Part shown: piece by piece, positions 24,830 to 30,747 of the stretch | Numbering within the stretch: the first letter of the stretch is position 1 | How the letters are laid out: every line of letters begins with the position of its first letter | DNA from: a virus | Lineage: Duplodnaviria; Caudoviricetes | DNA: 30,747 nt | IMG/VR virus record: IMGVR_UViG_3300045801_000012 | Coordinates: 1-30,747 of that record | Reading direction: 5' to 3' (one strand) | Notes under the pieces: generated by a model | Told to the model about the DNA's origin: nothing | Seen by the model: the letters and a program-made list of their open reading frames with translations, nothing else | Databases searched by the model: none | Translations under genes and position numbers: made by a program

Positions 24830-26374
24830 ATGGGCGTCGCGCAGCCGACCACGATACCGCTACCGCTCGCATCGTATCAGCTTGCTGATCTTCGCGCGGC
24901 GTCGAAGCGCCTGATCGGGTGCTATCCCGAGCCTGCGCAGCAGACGCAGCCGGACGACATGAAGTCGCAGCAGCCCGCGGTGCTCCGGCGCTGGCCGGGC
25001 ATCACGACCTTCACGCCGAGCGGGCTCACCAGCCCGTTGCGCGGTATCTGGGAAATGGCAGGCGTCGTCTACGCGGTGATCGGTTTCGACTTGTACACGA
25101 TCTCAAGCGCTGGCGCGATCACGCTGGTGCCGGGCTCGACGAGCGGCATCATCGGGAGCGGCTTTGTTCGGATGACGGACAACGGCGCGTGCCTCGTAGT
25201 ATTGGTGCCGGGCACGGACATCTGCTACACCTACACCCCCTTCACGGGCGGTGGCGGCGTGCAGCAGCTGACTAGCTCGTTCTTCTACAATCTCGGCGGC
25301 GCGATCGACTGCTGGTTCGTTGACAGTTACATTGTGTTCCTTGCCAACAATAACAACGGGCAGGGATCCTATACGTTTTTCAACGACGACGGGCGGCAGG
25401 TGTCGGGCAACGGACAGATCACGTTCACGACCGCGGCCTCGTTCAATCGGCAGTTTGGCACGGACCCGTTTTACGGGATGTGCGTCGACCACCGAGAGGT
25501 GCTGATGTTTGGGTCGCGCTCGACGGAGGGCTTCGTCAACACCGGAAACCCAACCGGCTCCCCCTTCAGCGCGGCCTCTGACACCTACATGCCGTACGGT
25601 GTGCACCCTCAGTGCCCCTACAGCATAGCCAATCAAGACAACTCAATTACGTGGGTAGCGAACGATCTAACGGTACGTCGCCGGAACGGACAGACGCCTC
25701 AGCGCATTTCGACGCCAGGCGTTGAGGCGGTCCTTGCAAACGCAAACAAGTACGGTTTGCTTGCCGGCACATATTCTCTAGGATCCCCAGCGGGCGGCCC
25801 TACTTGGAACGGGCACCCGTTCTACATTTTGACTATACCGCTCGCGGAACGTACGCTGGTCTACGACTGCGTCACGCAACAATGGTTTGATCTGGTATCG
25901 GTGCTTGACGGTCAGGAAATTCAGTACCGCGGGCTTGTTTACTTGAATGCTTTCGGTAAGCAGCTGATCGGCGATTCTGAGAGCGGAACTATCGGTTTTT
26001 TGGACGACACCGCGCAAACAGAGTTTGGCAATTCAAACGCACCTGTCGTGTGCGGGTTTACGACGATGCCGCTGTACGAAGGCAACAACCGTTTGATCGT
26101 GCGCCGTGTGGAAGCTGTCGTTACTGCCGGCGCGGGGCCAACGCCCGCTGTCGCGCCGCGTATCGATTTGCTGACGTCCCATAACTGGGGTCAAACTTTC
26201 GACGTGTCAGGGGACGATACGCAGACTCTGGGGGTGCCGGGCGATACAGGCAACCGCGCGGTCTGGTGGAACCTCGGACAGTACTACAGCTTGGTGTGCC
26301 AGTTTCGTGTAACGGACGCATCGCCTACGTTTACTGTAGACGTAACTGCGACCGTAGAAACGTGCAAGTGGTAG
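24830..26374 (+). CDS. Tail hub / packaged-DNA stabilisation protein (P22 gp10-like)
   Basis: LIGCYPE, LRRWPG, VRMTDNG, VDSYIVF, RISTPGVE, GHPFYILTIP...TLVYD...QQW and WWNLG. Confidence 0.88.
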   Translation: MGVAQPTTIPLPLASYQLADLRAASKRLIGCYPEPAQQTQPDDMKSQQPAVLRRWPGITTFTPSGLTSPLRGIWEMAGVVYAVIGFDLYTISSAGAITLVPGSTSGIIGSGFVRMTDNGACLVVLVPGTDICYTYTPFTGGGGVQQLTSSFFYNLGGAIDCWFVDSYIVFLANNNNGQGSYTFFNDDGRQVSGNGQITFTTAASFNRQFGTDPFYGMCVDHREVLMFGSRSTEGFVNTGNPTGSPFSAASDTYMPYGVHPQCPYSIANQDNSITWVANDLTVRRRNGQTPQRISTPGVEAVLANANKYGLLAGTYSLGSPAGGPTWNGHPFYILTIPLAERTLVYDCVTQQWFDLVSVLDGQEIQYRGLVYLNAFGKQLIGDSESGTIGFLDDTAQTEFGNSNAPVVCGFTTMPLYEGNNRLIVRRVEAVVTAGAGPTPAVAPRIDLLTSHNWGQTFDVSGDDTQTLGVPGDTGNRAVWWNLGQYYSLVCQFRVTDASPTFTVDVTATVETCKW

Positions 26375-26375
26375 C

Positions 26376-27521
26376 ATGACTACGTACCTTAAAACGAAGC
26401 CGGGAATGAACGGTGCAAACACCTTATCAATCCCGGCAACGTGGGACGCTAAGTGGTTTCGTAATTTTATCAGCAACACCCTTCAAGGTGGCGATGTTCG
26501 AAACGCTACGGGCACGAACGGCATAACCGTAAGCGGCAACATCGCGAGCCCGTACGCCACGATCAGCGGCGCGGGATTGATCAACACGGTGTCGGGAACG
26601 ACGAACCAAATTGATGTCAGCACGACGTCCGGCGTTGCAACTGTAAGCCTCGACCCGCAGATTGTTTTGTCGGGCGCCACCGGCGGCCCGAAGGGTGCGG
26701 GCACGATCAACGCGGCCGGACTGTACGTCAACGGGGTAGCCGTGACGACCGGAGGTGTGACGTCTGTCGTAGGCACAGCGAACGAGATCGCGGTCAGCAC
26801 CACCGCTGGCGTCGCAACGGTGAGCTTCGCGCCGAACATCGTAGTACCGGCGCCGTCGAGCGGCGTGGCTTTGACGGTGAGCGGCCAAGCGACACCCAAC
26901 GTTTTCCCAGTAAGCATCTATGGAGCAAACTCCGCTGGCAGTTCCAACGGACTGCTTATAAACGCTGGAGTTTCAAATTCAGGCGACCGAGCGTTGGACA
27001 TATTGAATTTCGCAGGAACGACGCGATTGTTCGGCGTGTTTGGAGACGGTAGCTTTGCTCTTGGATACAACGGAACGTCTTCGATTATTGTGGGAGCAGC
27101 CGCTGGAAACGTTACCATCAACGCATCGTCAGCGGCCACTACAACGCTCACCGTCAAGGGCGTCGCCACCTCTACGGGCTTTAATGTTCAGGCCGGGGCA
27201 AGCGGCACCGATTATTGCGCGATCTTCGCAAACGCCACCAATACCGCTCAATACTTTACGATCTATGGCGACGGTGGGGTCGTCGTTGGAACGCCAACGG
27301 GCGGCGACAAAGGGCTTGGCACTCTCAATGCCGCGACCAAATTCTACGTGGCCGGTGTCGCGCAGCCAGTATTCAGCGCCGCCATTACCGGGTACGGCAC
27401 GCCAACAGGCGGATCGCACCAGGCGTCATTCGCAGCGGGCAGCATCACGCTACCAAACCTTGCGGCAGCCGTAGCACAGTTGATTATCGATCTTAAAACG
27501 CAAAACCTGATCGCCGCGTAA
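26376..27521 (+). CDS. Tail fibre / needle-like protein with internal repeats
   Basis: G/T/A/V-rich; repeats INTVSGTTNQIDVS / VTSVVGTANEIAVS and TGGPKGAGTINA / TGGDKGLGTLNA; C-terminal LAAAVAQLIIDLK helix. Confidence 0.8.
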   Translation: MTTYLKTKPGMNGANTLSIPATWDAKWFRNFISNTLQGGDVRNATGTNGITVSGNIASPYATISGAGLINTVSGTTNQIDVSTTSGVATVSLDPQIVLSGATGGPKGAGTINAAGLYVNGVAVTTGGVTSVVGTANEIAVSTTAGVATVSFAPNIVVPAPSSGVALTVSGQATPNVFPVSIYGANSAGSSNGLLINAGVSNSGDRALDILNFAGTTRLFGVFGDGSFALGYNGTSSIIVGAAAGNVTINASSAATTTLTVKGVATSTGFNVQAGASGTDYCAIFANATNTAQYFTIYGDGGVVVGTPTGGDKGLGTLNAATKFYVAGVAQPVFSAAITGYGTPTGGSHQASFAAGSITLPNLAAAVAQLIIDLKTQNLIAA

Positions 27522-27687
27522 TGCAGGAAATAACGGACGTACATTCGCGACCTCCGCGACCACGGGCGCGCAGACGGCGACCTTTAGCGCGACCAATAAA
27601 CCCGGCGCGACGACCCAGACATCCCCGGCCAAGTGGTTGCCCGCGACCTTCGATGGCACGACGTACTACATACCGGCGTACAGTTGA
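27520..27687 (+). pseudogene. Start-less or frameshifted fibre C-terminal module
   Basis: The +1 frame after the fibre stop reads TFATSATTGAQTATFSATNKPGATTQTSPAKWLPATFDGTTYYIPAYS* with native codons and no in-frame start. Confidence 0.65.
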
Positions 27688-27709
27688 TAAATTAACAGTG
27701 AGGTGAGCT

Positions 27710-27994
27710 ATGAACGACGTAGAAGGTCAAACACAAGAGCAGGCATTAGCGCAGCACATCAAAGAGGCGCTGAAGGATCATCCGGCCGCTGAGGTGCGCG
27801 TGAACCCGACAATTCAGGCACCGATCCCGGCGACAATCGCGAACAACTTGCTTGTGTTTTTACAGCGCGCGCAGGCGACGGGTATCGAGTGCATGGCGTG
27901 GGCGGAAGCGTTCCAGTACGTGCAGCAGTACGCGTCGCAGCCGCAACAGGCGCCCCAGGGCGTGCCGTTTGGTGGACTACCGTCGAAAGGATGA
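27710..27994 (+). CDS. Hypothetical protein
   Basis: GAGGTGA RBS; 94 aa. Confidence 0.75.
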   Translation: MNDVEGQTQEQALAQHIKEALKDHPAAEVRVNPTIQAPIPATIANNLLVFLQRAQATGIECMAWAEAFQYVQQYASQPQQAPQGVPFGGLPSKG

Positions 27995-28001
27995 GCGTTA
28001 C

Positions 28002-28295
28002 ATGGCGATGCTGAAGTGGACAGTTGAGTCGGTATGGGCGGGAGCTGCAGTAATACTGACAACTATTGGCGGTCTGTATACAACTAGCTATCATTGGGGC
28101 CAAGTCAACAGCCAAGTCGAAGAGCTGAAGAGCCGGTCTACGATGATCGAATCGCACATCGACAAACACGACGAGCAGCTGACCGAGATCAAACAGCAGA
28201 ACGCCGGGATGGCGCAGTCGCTCAACGACATCAAAGACACTGTCCACGACATTCAGACGCAGGTGAGGAAAAAGAAGCATGACGATAACAACTGA
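28002..28295 (+). CDS. Single-TM plus coiled-coil lysis-region protein (holin/antiholin-like)
   Basis: AAGGA RBS; WAGAAVILTTIGGLY transmembrane segment followed by heptads; directly before the endolysin. Confidence 0.6.
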   Translation: MAMLKWTVESVWAGAAVILTTIGGLYTTSYHWGQVNSQVEELKSRSTMIESHIDKHDEQLTEIKQQNAGMAQSLNDIKDTVHDIQTQVRKKKHDDNN

Positions 28296-28761
28296 GACGG
28301 TGCTCGACCCGTCGATCGATCGACGGCTAGCGGCAGACCTTGACGCCGCCGAAGGCGACCGGCTGGTCGCGTACCTAGACACCGCCGGCATCTGGACCTG
28401 CGGGCGAGGGCATGTCCTCCCGCCCGCGGCGCCGGGCCGCTCGTGGGAAGGGTTTACCGTCGTGCAATCGACCAGCGATCGCTGGTTCAGTCAGGACATC
28501 CTGAACGCGATGGCGCTCGCGCAAAAGTGGCCCGAGTTTGAGTCGTGCGACACCGATTGCCGCAGGAACGCGCTCTACGAACTTGCGTTCAATCTGGGCG
28601 GCCGTTGGGCGCAGTTTACGAACACGCGCGCCGCTATCCAAGAGAAGGACTGGAAGGCGGCGCACGACGGTCTCCTGAACAGCCTCTGGGCGCGTCAGGT
28701 GGGTCCGCACCGCTCGGAGCGCATCGCGGGCTATTTTCTGACGGGCGAGTACCCGTCGTGA
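28279..28761 (+). CDS. Endolysin, GH24 / T4-lysozyme-like muramidase
   Basis: AEGDRLVAYLDTAGIWTCGRGH has the E-x8-D-x5-T triad; ALYELAFNLG and LLNSLWARQVG. Confidence 0.92.
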   Translation: MTITTETVLDPSIDRRLAADLDAAEGDRLVAYLDTAGIWTCGRGHVLPPAAPGRSWEGFTVVQSTSDRWFSQDILNAMALAQKWPEFESCDTDCRRNALYELAFNLGGRWAQFTNTRAAIQEKDWKAAHDGLLNSLWARQVGPHRSERIAGYFLTGEYPS

Positions 28762-28952
28762 AGCTTGAGCTGCGCGACTGGTTCATCCTAGCGCACGTCA
28801 ACATCGCCGGCATCGTTGGCACGACGTACCTGTTCTTGAACCGCACCGACAGCAACTATCTGGCGTGGTGCGGGCTCGTCGCCACCATCGTCGGGACCTA
28901 TCACTGGCTCGTGTTCCGGGACTCAAAGATACCTGACGCGACGGGAGAGTAG
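28758..28952 (+). CDS. Putative two-TM holin (64 aa)
   Basis: GTGA overlap with the endolysin; two hydrophobic helices and a charged tail. Confidence 0.65.
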   Translation: MKLELRDWFILAHVNIAGIVGTTYLFLNRTDSNYLAWCGLVATIVGTYHWLVFRDSKIPDATGE

Positions 28953-28953
28953 C

Positions 28954-29463
28954 ATGTTTACTTTGTTCGGTTGGCAGATCGCGAAGGACTGGGTGTACGG
29001 CGCCGCGATTGTGGCGATCCTAGCGGGCGGTGCGCTGTTCGTGCACCACGAGCGCGTCGTCGGCGCGGATAAAATCAAAGAGGCGGACGCGAAGGTCGTG
29101 GCCGCCAAGATCGTTCATGACAAAGAGGTGGATGATGTCGTCAAAGCAAAAGTCGCGGCAGCTGTCGCAGATTACGAGTCGCTTGCTCCTATTCCTGTCC
29201 CTGCCGCTGTCCCTGTGCTCGTGTGCAAGCAGGCCCATAGCAGCCCCGTGCTACAAGGCCCCGGCACCGCCGGCGGAGGCGTTAGCTCCGGAGCCGGCGT
29301 ACCCGTCGCTGCAGCACAAGATAGTGCAGGATTTGACCCCGCCCCAGCCGTAAGCGCTGACGCGCAAGCCGCTGACGAGGAGATTGAGCACTTACAGAAG
29401 AAAATAGTTCTGTTGCAGGATTTGGTGCGCGCATACCAAGACGCGGGCTTAGTGTCAAAATAA
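28954..29463 (+). CDS. Rz: Inner-membrane spanin (Rz-like)
   Basis: N-terminal TM, coiled coil, linker and C-terminal LQKKIVLLQD helix; position in the lysis cassette. Confidence 0.8.
   Translation: MFTLFGWQIAKDWVYGAAIVAILAGGALFVHHERVVGADKIKEADAKVVAAKIVHDKEVDDVVKAKVAAAVADYESLAPIPVPAAVPVLVCKQAHSSPVLQGPGTAGGGVSSGAGVPVAAAQDSAGFDPAPAVSADAQAADEEIEHLQKKIVLLQDLVRAYQDAGLVSK
29132..29353 (+). CDS. Rz1: Outer-membrane spanin lipoprotein (Rz1-like), embedded in the +1 frame of Rz
   Basis: GAGGTG RBS; MMSSKQK...LLLFLSLPLSLCSC lipobox-like signal followed by a Pro-rich mature part. Confidence 0.8.
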   Translation: MMSSKQKSRQLSQITSRLLLFLSLPLSLCSCASRPIAAPCYKAPAPPAEALAPEPAYPSLQHKIVQDLTPPQP

Positions 29464-29464
29464 A

Positions 29465-30747
29465 ATGGCGCCAAAGCTAGCCAACGACACGGGCGATGTT
29501 GCGCTTAGTCAGAACCCGACGCAAGTAAACCAGAGAAACTCTGGTCAGACGCCTTTGACTGGTGCTGGGGCAGCATACCAAGCCGCCAACGTAACTCCTT
29601 GGGTCACAAACGACCAGAACTCAATGTTTGCTCAATGGGCTGCGGCGCAAGGGTTTTCTTCTACTCAAGCGGCTGTTCAGGCGATTCAGCAAACCCCTAC
29701 CGGTTCCCCGTTGCAGCAAGCTGCCATGCAAGAGGAGCAGCAAGCCGACGAGTACGTCAACAGTATTGCATACGCGCCGGGCACGATGGAGAAACTTGCC
29801 GGTGATTTTGCGCTTGCGGGCACACTTGCAGCTACTGGCGGCGCGGCGGCCGGAGCTATCGCGGCGCCGCTTGCGGCAGCGATTGGCGGCACGGGCGGCA
29901 CTATCGTTGGCGGCGCCGCCGCGGGCGCGGCCAATGGAGCTTTCGGTGCGGCCCTGCAAGGGCAGAGCATTGGCACAGGCGCGCTAACTGGTGCGGTCGG
30001 TGGCGGCCTTAGCGCAGCTGCCGCGCCAGTAACGGGCGCGCTGACAAACGCAGGGCTGCCGTCAGCAGTGGCGTCCGGTATCGTGAAGGGCGGCATCGGC
30101 GCCGCGACCGGCGCGCTAAACGCGGACCTGAACGGTACAAACATTGGGCAGGGCGCGCTGACGGGCGGCGTCAGCGGCGCGCTGAAGGGTGCGGTGGGGT
30201 CGGCAACCGGCAGCTCGACGCTAGGCAACATCGCGGGCACGGTCGGTAAATCGCTGGTAACGCCAACCTCTAGCGGTTCCAGCTCATCGTCTAACGGAAC
30301 GTCTTCGAACGGGTCGCCGTCGATGAGCACCGGGCTTACGTCGTTGAATCCGGTAGTTGCGGGCGCGGCGGGGTACGGTTTAAGCAGTTTGCTCGGAAGC
30401 TCGAGCGGTAGTACAACACAAGGTAGCAATGTGGGCAACTTAGATACATCTCTTTCGGGCACGATCGGCTCCGTGCTGCCGGGCATCGCGCAGGCGGCCA
30501 CGGGCGCCGTCGGCACTCAGGTCGCATCGAACGACATGGTGAACGCGGAAAACAACGCGATCACCACGCAACAAAACAACCTCGGCAACATCAACAACAT
30601 TTGGAGCACGCAGCAGCAGCTCGGTCAGGGCGCGGACACCGCGCTCGGCAGCGCGCTCGGCACCAACGGCCAGCCCGCCAACTACTCAAACTTCGAGAAC
30701 ATGCCCGGCTACCAGTTCGCTGTGGACCAAGGCACCCAAGCTATCCA
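29465..30747 (+). CDS. DNA ejection / transfer protein (P22 gp7-like), partial
   Basis: Open to the window end; G/A-rich glycine-zipper hydrophobic stretch and a terminal NMPGYQFAVDQG motif typical of podovirus ejection proteins. Confidence 0.78.
   Translation, partial: MAPKLANDTGDVALSQNPTQVNQRNSGQTPLTGAGAAYQAANVTPWVTNDQNSMFAQWAAAQGFSSTQAAVQAIQQTPTGSPLQQAAMQEEQQADEYVNSIAYAPGTMEKLAGDFALAGTLAATGGAAAGAIAAPLAAAIGGTGGTIVGGAAAGAANGAFGAALQGQSIGTGALTGAVGGGLSAAAAPVTGALTNAGLPSAVASGIVKGGIGAATGALNADLNGTNIGQGALTGGVSGALKGAVGSATGSSTLGNIAGTVGKSLVTPTSSGSSSSSNGTSSNGSPSMSTGLTSLNPVVAGAAGYGLSSLLGSSSGSTTQGSNVGNLDTSLSGTIGSVLPGIAQAATGAVGTQVASNDMVNAENNAITTQQNNLGNINNIWSTQQQLGQGADTALGSALGTNGQPANYSNFENMPGYQFAVDQGTQAI

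Noticed and set aside
27521-27706. 61-aa Arg/Pro-rich ORF from the track
   Set aside because: It looks like the shadow of the adjacent frame, which carries the fibre-like peptide.
9975-28952. Genome-wide TAG reassignment (code 15), suggested by several TAG stops followed by in-frame starts (10436, 10859, 12941, 13775, 24826)
   Set aside because: The long core genes have no internal TAG. Other TAG stops (26374, 28952) are followed by out-of-frame starts, and gp4 and gp10 are normally separate proteins.

Overview
A GC-rich segment of a P22-like (podovirus-architecture) phage or prophage of a Gram-negative host, with two divergent arms. The left arm (minus strand, 1-7069) holds small early genes, an ECF-type sigma factor with a Cys-rich tail and an 853-aa Prim-Pol/PriCT-2/P-loop primase-helicase. 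A repeat-rich non-coding switch region (about 7070-7730) looks like an origin or control region. The right arm (plus strand) begins with a Xis/AlpA-like gene, a tRNA-shaped four-way-junction RNA candidate and five tandem, nearly uncharged G/N/Q/P/T-rich proteins, four of which share a short 'SLLAxxSRG' motif. It continues with several virion-like small genes, an endonuclease VII-type gene, two tandem GroES-like genes and an enlarged small terminase. The large terminase is split into separate ATPase and nuclease genes. Portal, scaffold, coat, gp4-like, gp10-like and tail fibre genes follow, the last trailed by an orphan second fibre tip. The window ends with a lysis cassette containing an embedded o-spanin and a truncated ejection protein. 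All calls come from manual motif reading; no database searches were run.
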